64,000 bases of DNA from Patescibacteria group bacterium (lineage in GTDB: Bacteria > Patescibacteriota > Microgenomatia > Curtissbacterales > GWA2-41-24): NCBI GenBank assembly GCA_038063735.1, contig JBBTUN010000002.1:13321-77320 (forward strand). Direction: 5' to 3'. This document shows, piece by piece, positions 7,634-17,501 of the stretch. Within the stretch, counting starts at the first letter, position 1, and each line of letters opens with the position of its first letter. Position numbers and translations under genes: made by a program. Under the pieces are notes generated by a model, which was not told where the DNA came from, ran no database searches, and saw only the letters and a program-made list of their open reading frames with translations.

Positions 7634-8876
7634 GCAAGATTTTCCAATATTGAATCGGAAAATAAATGGTCCCTCCTATGCTAAAGCTTCGGAGGGCAAG
7701 AAACCTTTGGTTTATCTGGACAGTGCGGCGACGTCTCAGAAGCCAAAGCAAGTTCTTAACGCAATTTCCGACTATTACCAAAAACATAACGCCAATGTGC
7801 ATCGGGGAATCCACACTTTATCTGTGGAGGCAACGGAAATGTACGAAGCGGCACGGAAGAAGGTAGCTGATTTTGTTGGTGTAAAAGATCCGGCGGAGAT
7901 TATTTTTGTGAGAAATGCTACCGAGGCGATCAATCTGGTTGCTTATTCTTGGGGTCGGTTCAACATATCAAAAGGTGATGAAATTGTAGTGACTGTCGCA
8001 GAGCACCACAGCAATTTTGTGCCGTGGCAGCAACTGGCAATCCAGAAGCAGGCAAAATTTAAAGTAGTTCCCATCAATAAAGAAACCGGTGAGATTGATC
8101 TTAAGGCGCTTGGTAAATTACTGACAAAGAAAACGAAAATAGTCGCTTTTGCCCATGTTTCTAATGTTTTAGGGACGATTAACGATGTTTTGCATTTGTC
8201 GTTAGTCGTTCGTCGTTTGGCGCCACAAGCAATAGTACTTGTGGATGGTGCCCAAGCTGTTCCGCATATGCCTGTTGATATTTCTGAAATCGGTTGCGAT
8301 TTTTATGTTTTTACCGGACACAAAATGCTGGGGCCAACCGGAATTGGGGTTTTGTGGGGAAGGCGGGAGCTTTTGGAGACGATGACACCATTTTTATTTG
8401 GGGGAGAAATGATTTCCAAAGTTTCTCTAGAAAAATCCACTTGGAACGAATTGCCGTGGAAGTTTGAAGCGGGAACCCCGGATATTGCGGGGGCGATTGG
8501 ATTAGGAGCGGCGGTTGATTATCTTGATAAAATTGGCATGGATAAGGTTCGGGAGCACGATGTAGAACTAACAAAATATGCGATTGAAAAGTTATCAAAA
8601 ATTGATGGTGTGATTATATATGGACCGAAAGATGTCAAAAAGCGCAGCGGAGTGGTTGCATTTAATGTTGGGTCAATACACGCCCATGATGTGGCATCGA
8701 TTTTGGATAGTGAGGGGATTGCTGTCCGGTCCGGTCACCACTGCGCCCAACCACTCATGGATTTTTTGGGAGTTTCGTCTGTTGCGAGAGCCAGTTTTTA
8801 TCTATATAACTCCATTGAAGAAGTGGATAGGTTAGTGGAGGGTGTTTTGAAAGTTAAGGAGGTTTTTAAAATATAA
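7623..8876 (+). CDS. sufS: Cysteine desulfurase SufS
   Basis: YLDSAATSQKP, EHHSN, TGHKM, RSGHHCAQP. Confidence 0.98.
   Translation: MNRRQDFPILNRKINGPSYAKASEGKKPLVYLDSAATSQKPKQVLNAISDYYQKHNANVHRGIHTLSVEATEMYEAARKKVADFVGVKDPAEIIFVRNATEAINLVAYSWGRFNISKGDEIVVTVAEHHSNFVPWQQLAIQKQAKFKVVPINKETGEIDLKALGKLLTKKTKIVAFAHVSNVLGTINDVLHLSLVVRRLAPQAIVLVDGAQAVPHMPVDISEIGCDFYVFTGHKMLGPTGIGVLWGRRELLETMTPFLFGGEMISKVSLEKSTWNELPWKFEAGTPDIAGAIGLGAAVDYLDKIGMDKVREHDVELTKYAIEKLSKIDGVIIYGPKDVKKRSGVVAFNVGSIHAHDVASILDSEGIAVRSGHHCAQPLMDFLGVSSVARASFYLYNSIEEVDRLVEGVLKVKEVFKI
7671..7700 (+). repeat. 30-nt hairpin element (family A), in frame in sufS
   Basis: ccctcc-tatgctaaagcttc-ggaggg-caag; inserts PSYAKASEGK into the conserved NG|KPLVYLD. 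Confidence 0.88.
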
Positions 8877-9311
8877 GTGGATCTTTACCGCGAGGAAATT
8901 TTGGAACATTGGCAAAACCCGTTAAATTTTGGGGAAATGAAAAATGCCGATTTAGTGATTGAACAGGTTAACCCGCTTTGCGGAGACGAAGTGACGTTTT
9001 ACTTTAGGTTTTCGATCAGTCATCCTGAACTCGATTCAGGATCTAAAAAGATTCCGAAACAAGTTCGGAATGACGAGTGGCAAATAGCGAATGGTCAGTG
9101 GCGAATAAGTGAAGTATCGTTTACCGGTTCTGGCTGTGCTATATCTATCGCTTCGGCTTCGATTTTGTCGGAAAATATCAAGAATAAGAAAATCTCTACG
9201 TTATCCAAAATAACGGGTGAGGATGTTTTGAAATTGATTGGCGGACCAGTGGCACCGGCAAGACTTAAGTGTGCTTTTTTGTCGCTTGAGGTGATTCGCA
9301 AAATTCGATAA
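8877..9311 (+). CDS. sufU: SufU/NifU-type scaffold (sulfur-transfer) protein
   Basis: LYRE.ILEH..NP.N.G, NPLCGD, GCAIS.ASAS, RLKCA. Confidence 0.93.
   Translation: MDLYREEILEHWQNPLNFGEMKNADLVIEQVNPLCGDEVTFYFRFSISHPELDSGSKKIPKQVRNDEWQIANGQWRISEVSFTGSGCAISIASASILSENIKNKKISTLSKITGEDVLKLIGGPVAPARLKCAFLSLEVIRKIR
9019..9110 (+). repeat. Family C palindrome (9019-9074) plus heptamer array, in frame in sufU
   Basis: gtcatcctgaactcgattcaggatct..gattccgaaacaagttcggaatgac followed by agtggca aatagcg aatggtc agtggcg. Confidence 0.85.
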
Positions 9312-9339
9312 AATACACAGATGGCTGATAAGAAATAAG

Positions 9340-9395
9340 ATATCAGCAGGTCGCCTTGGCACCTTTCAGTCATGCCAAAGGCGCTTCTCTGATAT
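9340..9395. repeat. Intergenic hairpin element (family F)
   Basis: atatcagcaggtcgc..gcgcttctctgatat; second copy at 56698-56743. Confidence 0.75.
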
Positions 9396-9407
9396 TTTTA
9401 TTTAATT

Positions 9408-9638
9408 ATGAGTAAGATTGGTAAATATAAAATAAAAATAGACCGCAATCTCTGTATCGGGGCAGCTTCCTGTGTTGCCTTGGCGATGAAGACGTTTGAG
9501 CTGGATGAAGAGAATAAGGCAATAGTTATAGATGAAGGCGGAGATGAGGCAGAAACGATAAAGTTGGCTGCCGAATCTTGCCCGACAAAGGCAATAATTT
9601 TGGAAAATGCTGAGACCGGTGAGCAGGAATACCCCTAA
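9408..9638 (+). CDS. Single-cluster ferredoxin ([3Fe-4S]/[4Fe-4S])
   Basis: CIGAASC...AAESCPTKAI. Confidence 0.9.
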   Translation: MSKIGKYKIKIDRNLCIGAASCVALAMKTFELDEENKAIVIDEGGDEAETIKLAAESCPTKAIILENAETGEQEYP

Positions 9639-9694
9639 CTCTGCAGATGCAGAGTAATTTCAAATCTCAAATTTCAAATGTCTAATGTTAGAAT

Positions 9695-10498
9695 ATGGGC
9701 ATGGCGGAGGAAAAGGCTTCCAGGGAAAAAATAGACGGATATTTAAAGGATGTTCTGGCGCGCAAAGAAAAATACTTGTCCGAAAATGCCCAGTACAGGA
9801 AACATGAAAGCATGTATCACCGGCATACTGCCGGCAAATATATCGGTGATTTTATTTATGGTGCTAACGACGGGATTATTACAACATTTGCGGTAATTGC
9901 CGGATCGTTTGGTGCTTCGCTTACCCCGATCGTAATTATTATTTTGGGGTTTGCAAACCTTCTTGCAGACGGCCTATCAATGGGCGCAAGCAATTTTTTG
10001 GGAAGAAAATCGGAACAGGATTATGCGCGGGCACAGAGGCAGAAAGAGGAATGGGAAATTGACCATTTAAGGGAAATTGAGATTGAGGAGATTAGGGAAA
10101 TTTATGAACGCAAGGGTTTTAGCGGGAAAGACTTGAAAAGAGCGGTTGAAATTATCACCTCCGACCGTAAGATCTGGCTGGATACGATGATGAGAGATGA
10201 ACTGAACATAATTGAGGAAACGGACAATGATCCGGTAAGACACGGGATTGCCACGTTTGCTTCGTTTGTAGTGGCCGGTTTGTTTCCCTTGCTTCCTTAT
10301 TTGGTACCGAATATGCCCAGCCCGTTTTTGTTATCAATATTAGTTGGAGGTATCACATTGTTTTTCTTGGGAAGCCTTAGGTCTTTGGTTACAACTGTTT
10401 CCTGGTTGAAGGGTGGCTTAGAAGTTTTGGCAATTGGTTCGGTTGCCGCAATTGCAGCTTATATGGTTGGGAAAATAGTTGAGGGATTTATAAGATGA
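9695..10498 (+). CDS. VIT1/CCC1 iron transporter family protein
   Basis: YGANDGIITTFA, ANLLADGLSMG, acidic E-rich linker. Confidence 0.92.
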   Translation: MGMAEEKASREKIDGYLKDVLARKEKYLSENAQYRKHESMYHRHTAGKYIGDFIYGANDGIITTFAVIAGSFGASLTPIVIIILGFANLLADGLSMGASNFLGRKSEQDYARAQRQKEEWEIDHLREIEIEEIREIYERKGFSGKDLKRAVEIITSDRKIWLDTMMRDELNIIEETDNDPVRHGIATFASFVVAGLFPLLPYLVPNMPSPFLLSILVGGITLFFLGSLRSLVTTVSWLKGGLEVLAIGSVAAIAAYMVGKIVEGFIR

Positions 10499-11760
10499 AA
10501 AAGACGGATTATTTGATTGTAGGCGGTTCGGCGGCGGGGACGACTGCTGCAGATACCATTCGAAATTTAAATTCGGATGCCACAATTGCGATTGTGACTG
10601 AAGAGGACTATCCGCAATATTCGCTTGTTTTAATTCCACATTATATCCGCGGCAAAATAAGCCGTGAACAGGTTTTTTTGAAAAAGCCCCAGTGGTATAA
10701 CGAACGGAAAATAGAGCTTATAAAAGGGGTTAGGGCGGAGGGTTTAGGGTCTAGTGAGAAGACTGTTAAGTTATCAAATAGTGAAACTATCCAATTTGGA
10801 AAGCTGCTTTTGACGGTTGGCGGGAAAGTAATTCCATTTAATGTTCCCGGGGCGGATGTCAAAAATCTTCTTTATATGAGAACCATTGATGATGCGGACA
10901 AAATTATTGATATAGCCAAAAAAAGTAAAAAAGCTTTGATTATTGGCGGAGGGTTTATTGGGCTGGAGTTTGCGTCGTGTTTTGCCAAAAATGGGGTTGT
11001 TGATATCACGGCATTAGTTCTTGAGGATTTTTACTGGCAGGGGAAGTTGGATAGTCAGTCCAGTCAAGTTGTTGCCGGAGTATTAACCAACAACGGAATT
11101 AAAATAGAGACCAAAGTTTCCGTGGATCATTTTGAAACTAAAGAAGGTATGATAACGGCAGCAATTGCCAAGGACGGTCGAAGGTTTGAGGCCGATGCTG
11201 TTGGGGTTGGTGTCGGCATCCGCAGCGATTTAAGTTTTCTTGAGGGATCCGGGCTTAAGATTGATAGAGGTATAGTCACAAACGAGTATCTGGAGACAAA
11301 TTTACCCGATGTTTACGCTGCCGGGGATTGTGCCCAGTTTTGGGACAGTGTTTTTAAAAGGGAGCATATTTTGGGTAATTGGGCAAACGCAACAAGTCAG
11401 GGTTTGGCTGTTGGAAAAACCATGACTGGCCTGCGAACGAAATTTGAGACAGCTTCTTCTTATACAACTAATTTTTTTGACGGATCTTGTTCATTTTTGG
11501 GTGTGACAGACGAAAAGTTTGCGGAAAATATAATTATTCGTGGATCTGCAGATGAAGGGAAAATCAGTAGGATATTTGTTAAAAAGTATCCTTCGCTAAG
11601 CTCAGGACAAGTGGCTCGAATTATTGGTGCAACGGTCGTAAATAATGTGGGGGAAGTTGCCCCACTTACTATGGCGATTAAGAACAAAGTCGATGTGACT
11701 AATCACGTATCCGATTTAGACAAAGTGGATTTTGATTTGAAGTCGCTTATTGCTTTGTAA
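10495..11760 (+). CDS. FAD-dependent pyridine-nucleotide oxidoreductase (ferredoxin reductase-like)
   Basis: GGSAAG, GGGFIGLE, TN..LET..PDVYAAGD; 24-nt family B insert near 11588-11611. Confidence 0.88.
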   Translation: MKKTDYLIVGGSAAGTTAADTIRNLNSDATIAIVTEEDYPQYSLVLIPHYIRGKISREQVFLKKPQWYNERKIELIKGVRAEGLGSSEKTVKLSNSETIQFGKLLLTVGGKVIPFNVPGADVKNLLYMRTIDDADKIIDIAKKSKKALIIGGGFIGLEFASCFAKNGVVDITALVLEDFYWQGKLDSQSSQVVAGVLTNNGIKIETKVSVDHFETKEGMITAAIAKDGRRFEADAVGVGVGIRSDLSFLEGSGLKIDRGIVTNEYLETNLPDVYAAGDCAQFWDSVFKREHILGNWANATSQGLAVGKTMTGLRTKFETASSYTTNFFDGSCSFLGVTDEKFAENIIIRGSADEGKISRIFVKKYPSLSSGQVARIIGATVVNNVGEVAPLTMAIKNKVDVTNHVSDLDKVDFDLKSLIAL

Positions 11761-11827
11761 ATTTGCGATTACACCCAGAAAACTAGTAAGCTTAATGTAG
11801 AGGTGCCAGGTGCATCTTTTTTCGTAG

Positions 11828-12274
11828 ATGAAGATTTATATTGCTGCAGATCATGCGGGTTTTTATTTAAAAAAAACACTAATCCAGTATTTGGGTATTA
11901 AAGGTTACGAGGTGGAGGATTGTGGGGCGTATGAGATGGATGAAAAGGACGATTACCCGGATTTTATAGTACCCTGTGCAAAAAAAGTTGCAAGCGATAA
12001 AGATTCACTAGGCATTGTGATTGGGGGTAGTGGGAATGGTGAGGCAATTGCGGCAAATAAGGTTAAGGGAATACGGGCTGCAGTTTATAACAGTGGAAGG
12101 GCAGAAATAGCAAAGTTAGCTCGCGAACATAATAATGCCAATATACTTTCGCTTGGTGCACGATTTATCACGCCAGATGAGGCAAAACGTGCAGTTACTG
12201 CATGGTTGGAGGCGGAATTTGAGGGTGGCAGGCATGAGGCAAGGCTAAAAAAAATGGAGGAAATAGATAAGTGA
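11828..12274 (+). CDS. rpiB: Ribose-5-phosphate isomerase B
   Basis: ADHAG, DDYPD, GGSGNGE..AANKV.GIRA, REHNNAN, GGRH..R. Confidence 0.93.
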   Translation: MKIYIAADHAGFYLKKTLIQYLGIKGYEVEDCGAYEMDEKDDYPDFIVPCAKKVASDKDSLGIVIGGSGNGEAIAANKVKGIRAAVYNSGRAEIAKLAREHNNANILSLGARFITPDEAKRAVTAWLEAEFEGGRHEARLKKMEEIDK

Positions 12275-12633
12275 AGCACACGAGATTGTACCTTTATTTA
12301 AATTTTATTTTTATTTTTATTTTTCTGAATGTTTGGGACTTTGCTATAAACCGTATTTTTTTCAACGGTATGCTACTTGGGCTTATTATGTTTGCCCCGA
12401 TTGGTCTGTTGTGGTTTATAGGCAAGTTTAATGCTGTGGTTTTAATCACGTTGATTTCTATTTTCGAGTTTGTTGTAATGTCTATTTTTGTCTGGGAAGG
12501 TTTTGAACTGTCGGGTGCCAGTTCTTCTGTAAAATCCGTTTTTTGGATTCCGTATTTGTTGGCTGCAGGCATAAATGGTTTTTGGGGTTTGAATATTTAT
12601 TCGAAGGCTAAGAAAAACACACAACCAGTTTAA
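12271..12633 (+). CDS. Hypothetical membrane protein
   Basis: About four hydrophobic segments. Confidence 0.65.
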   Translation: MKHTRLYLYLNFIFIFIFLNVWDFAINRIFFNGMLLGLIMFAPIGLLWFIGKFNAVVLITLISIFEFVVMSIFVWEGFELSGASSSVKSVFWIPYLLAAGINGFWGLNIYSKAKKNTQPV

Positions 12634-12698
12634 CTTACGCCTCCTGCTTCTTTCTAATTTTGGAACATGTAATAATCTAGTAAGAGAAGGAGATCATT

Positions 12699-13580
12699 AT
12701 GACTGCCCGTGATTGGTTTACTAAAGCGAGAAAAGAAGGGTTTGCTATTGGCGCGTTTAATGTAGATTCGCTGGAGATTTTTAAAGCGATTGTGATGGCA
12801 GCCCAGCGCACGAAGTCACCGGTGATTGTGCAGTTTTCTCCGGGTGAAGTGGGATATTTTGGCATCAGGAATATTATTGATTTTACAGTCAACGCCAGGG
12901 AAGAGTTAGGAATAGCTCTCCTATTAAATCTTGACCATGGAAAGCCGGAGGAGGCAGTTTCCAAGGCGATTGATGTTTCTGAATCTATCGAAAATGGTTT
13001 CACCAATGTCCATTTTGATGGATCAGACCTTGAGTTTGAGGACAATATTAGTCAGACACAAAAAATTGTTGAATCGGCACATAAAAAGGGGATATTGGTG
13101 GAGGGGGAGATTAATAAAGTGAGTGGTTCGAGTGAAATCCACAACGAAGACATTGATTTGGAACTTCTTAAAAAAAGTTACACGGATCCCCAAAAAGCTA
13201 AGCAGTTTGTTATGGGGACAAGGGTTGATATTTTGGCTCCTATTTTCGGCAATATTCATGGTACGTTTCCTGTCCAACCGGATTTGGATATTGATCTGAT
13301 TGCCAAAATAAAAGAGGCATTAGGGGAAACATTTTTGTCACTTCATGGAGGATCCGGGATTCCTGCTGTGCAAGTTAAGGAAGCCATAAGGGTTGGTGGG
13401 ATTGTAAAAGTAAATGTTAACACGGAACTTAGGGTGACTTATAAACAGGCACTCGAAGAAAAGCTGGGTGAGCAACCCGATGAATACAAGATTTATGACC
13501 TGATGCCGGAAGTTATAGCTGCTGTGGCTGCTGTAGTCGAAGACAAAATAGATGTTTTTGGGTCTGGTGATAAAGTCTAG
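12699..13580 (+). CDS. fba: Class II fructose-bisphosphate aldolase
   Basis: AIGAFN, NLDHG, FDGS, GNIHG, LHGGSG, KVNVNT. Confidence 0.92.
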   Translation: MTARDWFTKARKEGFAIGAFNVDSLEIFKAIVMAAQRTKSPVIVQFSPGEVGYFGIRNIIDFTVNAREELGIALLLNLDHGKPEEAVSKAIDVSESIENGFTNVHFDGSDLEFEDNISQTQKIVESAHKKGILVEGEINKVSGSSEIHNEDIDLELLKKSYTDPQKAKQFVMGTRVDILAPIFGNIHGTFPVQPDLDIDLIAKIKEALGETFLSLHGGSGIPAVQVKEAIRVGGIVKVNVNTELRVTYKQALEEKLGEQPDEYKIYDLMPEVIAAVAAVVEDKIDVFGSGDKV

Positions 13581-13620
13581 TTCTTGATATTATTATTCTT
13601 CACTAGTTTTTGGGTTTTCA

Positions 13621-14073
13621 ATGAATTTTTTGCAAAGGAGGGTGATAATATTGAAATTTAATAAATTGAAAGTTATTGGGTTAGTTGGGGTTTTGGCGAT
13701 AATGCTTTCTGCTTGCAGTACGAATCAAAAGCAAAATGAAACAAGCGGACAGAATCCGGATCAAAATCAACTAACTGAGGTAAGCAATGCGACAGATGAG
13801 GCTAATTCTGTAGTAATTATCTATTCAGAAAGTGGATTTGCACCTGCTTCGGTAACAGTAAAGGCAGGACAGAGCGTGGTTTTCCGAAATACCAGCTCTC
13901 GTGCAGTTCAGGTAAATTCTGCTCCTCATCCTGCTCATACACTGTATCCTGAACTAAATATCGGTGTAATAAACGTGGGGGAAACAAAATCTTTGACCTT
14001 TACAAATACTGGAACAAAGAAATATCACAATCATTTGAACTCGTCGCAGAAAGGAACAATAGTTGTTGAGTAA
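13621..14073 (+). CDS. Cupredoxin-domain lipoprotein
   Basis: Lipobox LSAC; GF.P..VTVKAG, PHPAH, YHNH..G.IVV; true start may lie slightly downstream. Confidence 0.75.
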   Translation: MNFLQRRVIILKFNKLKVIGLVGVLAIMLSACSTNQKQNETSGQNPDQNQLTEVSNATDEANSVVIIYSESGFAPASVTVKAGQSVVFRNTSSRAVQVNSAPHPAHTLYPELNIGVINVGETKSLTFTNTGTKKYHNHLNSSQKGTIVVE

Positions 14074-14638
14074 AGTGCGCGAAATGTTGGCAAGAGTACC
14101 AATTTTAGTTTGGTTTTTATTGCCCACGCTTATTATTGTTGGAGTAGGTGTGTTTTTTGTCTCAAAATCTACGATCGGCAAGGAGGAAGACTCGTCCAAA
14201 CCTGCTCCGGTTTCCAAAGATGTTCCGGGTACGCAAGAATTCACTATTGTTAGTCGAGAGCATATTGCCTCGGGAACAAGTGGCAGTGGCTATAATTCTG
14301 ATCCGCCAACTTCCGGTCCACATTGGAATGGTCCTGCCAGTAAGGGAGTTTATGATAAAGAATTTCCGGACGAGCAGTTAATTCACAACCTGGAGCACGG
14401 TTATATTTTGATTAGCTACAAGCCGGATGTGGGGGACGATGTTATTAATAAACTTAAGGCGATAGTTCTTAAAAACGATTGGAAAATTGTGATGGAACCT
14501 AGGGAGAAAGATGACGCCAAAATTGTTCTGGCTGCCTGGGGGCGGCTGCTGAAAATGAATGATCTTGACGAAAATACGGTTCGCGATTTTATAAATACTT
14601 ACAGAAACAGGGGCCCTGAAAAGACTACGGAGAATTAA
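14063..14638 (+). CDS. DUF3105-family membrane-anchored protein
   Basis: YNSDPPTSGPH, HNLEHG, AWG, GPE. Confidence 0.85.
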   Translation: MLSKVREMLARVPILVWFLLPTLIIVGVGVFFVSKSTIGKEEDSSKPAPVSKDVPGTQEFTIVSREHIASGTSGSGYNSDPPTSGPHWNGPASKGVYDKEFPDEQLIHNLEHGYILISYKPDVGDDVINKLKAIVLKNDWKIVMEPREKDDAKIVLAAWGRLLKMNDLDENTVRDFINTYRNRGPEKTTEN

Positions 14639-15281
14639 AGATTGTTAGGATGCTTGCTACTTTTTTTCTTAACTCAATTTGATGTTCCATATTTAATAAC
14701 TCACCCTTTCTTTCTTCGTCTGCCCAATCAAGTCTTACACCTTTGCTTTTTCCAGATTCGTATGCCTCTTGATATAAAAGATGATTGTGCCAATGGCTAA
14801 CTGTCTCTGCGGCTTCGTCAAGCACACGCTTTTTACCCATCATCCAGTCAAGATCTGACTTTTTAAAGTTCGCGTCGGATGCTGTATATACGTCGTGTAC
14901 CGCCCCAATTAAGTTGCCTGCGTAAATGTGCCTATTAATTTTGTAAGGACCTTCTTCTTCAAAAGCAAATTCGAATGCTTGGGCTGCAACTTTAAGTAGA
15001 TTTGGCCTGTCAGGGTGGTTAGGGGGCATGTCAGTTATCCTTTGTCCCAAATCATTACTCAGGAGACAGTAGTCGTTGAGACCTTTTGATTGGTGTTGCT
15101 CGTAAGCGGAGGCGTAGAGAGCCGTTATTTCTTGGGCGGAATCGTTGGACAGTTCAACATTTCTAGTGATTTCTTCAGAGTATTTTTCAAAGCTAATGCG
15201 ATGTGGTTCTTCGTCGCCAATTGCTCGGGTTAAATCTGGTAATGGTTGCACGGCTTGTGCTGTTTCCGGGGAATCGGGCAT
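14625..15281 (-). CDS. Hypothetical protein
   Basis: 218-aa ORF, no motif. Confidence 0.65.
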   Translation of the reverse strand: MPDSPETAQAVQPLPDLTRAIGDEEPHRISFEKYSEEITRNVELSNDSAQEITALYASAYEQHQSKGLNDYCLLSNDLGQRITDMPPNHPDRPNLLKVAAQAFEFAFEEEGPYKINRHIYAGNLIGAVHDVYTASDANFKKSDLDWMMGKKRVLDEAAETVSHWHNHLLYQEAYESGKSKGVRLDWADEERKGELLNMEHQIELRKKVASILTIFNSP

Positions 15282-15325
15282 TGGTTAATTATGACCACAG
15301 GCGGCAGGTAGTAGTCAAATAAGAT

Positions 15326-15982
15326 TTATACGAGAGGTTTTTGGCCACTCTTTTTAAAGTCGTCCAAGAACTTTTTAAGTCCTATGTCGGTTAATGGGTG
15401 CTTAACAAGTTTTTCTAGAATATCAAACGGGCAAGTTGCAATGTCACAACTAAGCAGAGCGGCTTCTTTAACATGCTCCGGGGATCTGACGGAGGCAAAC
15501 AGGATTTGTGTTTCAAAATCATAGTTGTCGTAAATTTGTACTATTTCGTTTACAACATCAATTCCGGTTTGCCCGATATCGTCAAGCCTTCCAACAAAAG
15601 GCGAGACGATGTAAGCCCCTAATTTGGCAACGAGAAGAGCCTGGTTTGCGCTAAAAACGAGAGTCATGTTTACGCGGATTCCCTCGGCGGTTAATATTTG
15701 CAAGCCCTTGAGACCGTCCAGGGTTGTTGGTAGTTTAACCACAACATTGTGGTGGAGCGTTGCCAGCTCTCTGCCTTCTTTAACCATGCCGACCGTGTCC
15801 GTTGCAAGAACTTCCAGGGAAATGTCACCATCTACAATATCCAGTATTTCGTTAATCGCTTTTTTGTATTCTATGCCAGCCTTTGTTGCCAGAGTTGGAT
15901 TAGTTGTTACACCGTCTATAATTCCGGCGTCCCACATTTCTTTGACTTCTTTGGGGTTTGCGCTGTCGATAAAAAGCTTCAT
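15326..15982 (-). CDS. Transaldolase / fructose-6-phosphate aldolase (short type)
   Basis: FIDSAN, GVTTNP, VVKLP, SPFVGRLDD, HPLTD.GL..F. Confidence 0.93.
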   Translation of the reverse strand: MKLFIDSANPKEVKEMWDAGIIDGVTTNPTLATKAGIEYKKAINEILDIVDGDISLEVLATDTVGMVKEGRELATLHHNVVVKLPTTLDGLKGLQILTAEGIRVNMTLVFSANQALLVAKLGAYIVSPFVGRLDDIGQTGIDVVNEIVQIYDNYDFETQILFASVRSPEHVKEAALLSCDIATCPFDILEKLVKHPLTDIGLKKFLDDFKKSGQKPLV

Positions 15983-15997
15983 ACAGACATTGTAACA

Positions 15998-16164
15998 AGT
16001 CGGTAAAGGGATCGGTGAGTCGGTAGGTCGGTAATGTCTTTAGAGTCGGTGAGTCGGTAGGATGAGGGGGTCATACTGAATTTACTGACAATACTGGTTT
16101 TACTGATTTTACCGACGTTACTGATAATACTGATTTTACTGAAATATACTGATTTTTACCGATT
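15998..16164. repeat. Inverted pair of periodic arrays (GTCGGT-type, then TTACTGA/TTACCGA 9-mers)
   Basis: Left units gtcggta, right units taccgac/tactga are reverse complements. Confidence 0.75.
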
Positions 16165-16197
16165 TATCCTGATAGGATTCCTGATATAATTTTTGTA

Positions 16198-16902
16198 GTG
16201 AAGTTGTCTTTTAATTTTTTACATGAATGGGTAGAGCCCTGGAGAGCATATGTGTCGGAATTTTTGGGTACGTTTTTGTTTGTCTTTTTGGCAAGTGTCT
16301 TAGTTGTTGTTTCTAAAATTTATGATCTGGACGCAATTTCTATGCCGGTTGGAATTGCATCTATTTATACCGCCCTTATTTTTGCAACTTTGCATTTGTC
16401 CGGGGGATTTTTAAATCCGGCAATTACGGTTTCTTTGTGGATTGCAAAAAAACTGACTACGTCCAAGGCGATATTTTTTATTATTTCTCAGCTTGCCGCC
16501 GGAATTGCTGCAACGTTTTTAGTGGTAACTGTTTTTGGCGGTGGTGTTTACGATTTTGCACAGGGAGCACCTGTACTTGGACTGGGTATATCGGGTGATG
16601 TTGCAATGCTTTTTGAGGCTATATTTACTGCAGGCCTTGTTTTTGTTGTATTTGCAACAATTATCGATAAGAGAGGCTTTGCTTCCTTGGGGCCACTGGC
16701 GATAGGATTTTTCTTAATTGGTGCAGAACTTATTGCAAGCCCCTTAACGGGCGGAATTTTTAACCCGGCGAGGGTAATTGGTGCGACTGTTCTTGGTCGC
16801 GACTTTGAACTTATTTCGCCCTTTATTGTAGGCCCTTTTGTGGGTTCTTTATTTGGGCTGTTTTACGAGTATGTTTTTTTGACGTCTTACAAGAAGAAAT
16901 AA
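16198..16902 (+). CDS. Aquaporin / MIP channel
   Basis: SEFLGTF, SGG.LNPA, second NPAR. Confidence 0.92.
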   Translation: MKLSFNFLHEWVEPWRAYVSEFLGTFLFVFLASVLVVVSKIYDLDAISMPVGIASIYTALIFATLHLSGGFLNPAITVSLWIAKKLTTSKAIFFIISQLAAGIAATFLVVTVFGGGVYDFAQGAPVLGLGISGDVAMLFEAIFTAGLVFVVFATIIDKRGFASLGPLAIGFFLIGAELIASPLTGGIFNPARVIGATVLGRDFELISPFIVGPFVGSLFGLFYEYVFLTSYKKK

Positions 16903-16940
16903 AAAACAATACCCTTATTTCTGCTACAATTACAACATAA

Positions 16941-17498
16941 ATGTCTGTCCAAAGTAACGCACAAAAACCTCCCGTACAGACATCCGACGATACGCAAGCG
17001 TCTTCTGTTGCCGTACCTGTCGATGATGACCAGATTTCTGTAAGAGGTGGAAGTAAAGAGGTAGATTCTCAGAGGTTCGAGGAAGCAAAGTTGCTCCGGG
17101 AAGTTGTAAAAGAAAGTCATGATGCGGATAAAGAAGCTGAGAGACAGGTAAAAGATGCAATCGGAGAAGCAAAGCTGGCAAGGCCCGAGGTTAAGATAAG
17201 CGCGGATATTGCCCAACACGGTGTAAAGTCTCCGGAGGAAGATGCGTATGAGACGCTGGAAAAGGGGAGCACAATTACTCTAACTGCTACCGAGGAAGCT
17301 TATGAGAAGGGCAAAGGAACAAAAGTTAAAGGAAAAATTTCTTCAATTACGGGTAACGTTAGTGGTGTTTTATCAATCGCCGCTTTGGCTATGTATATAG
17401 GAAGGATTATTAAAATAGCTCACAGGCATGCAAGACGTGTAATTTTTAGAAACTCTTCAGCAGAGAATAGTAAAGGCGAAGGTAAGGAGAGTGAATGA
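16941..17498 (+). CDS. Hypothetical protein
   Basis: 185 aa, upstream of the ATPase. Confidence 0.65.
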   Translation: MSVQSNAQKPPVQTSDDTQASSVAVPVDDDQISVRGGSKEVDSQRFEEAKLLREVVKESHDADKEAERQVKDAIGEAKLARPEVKISADIAQHGVKSPEEDAYETLEKGSTITLTATEEAYEKGKGTKVKGKISSITGNVSGVLSIAALAMYIGRIIKIAHRHARRVIFRNSSAENSKGEGKESE

Positions 17499-17501
17499 CA
17501 T

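Noticed and set aside
15998-16164. Possible CRISPR array
   Set aside because: Units are degenerate 7-9 nt tandem repeats without unique spacers, and no cas genes are in the window.
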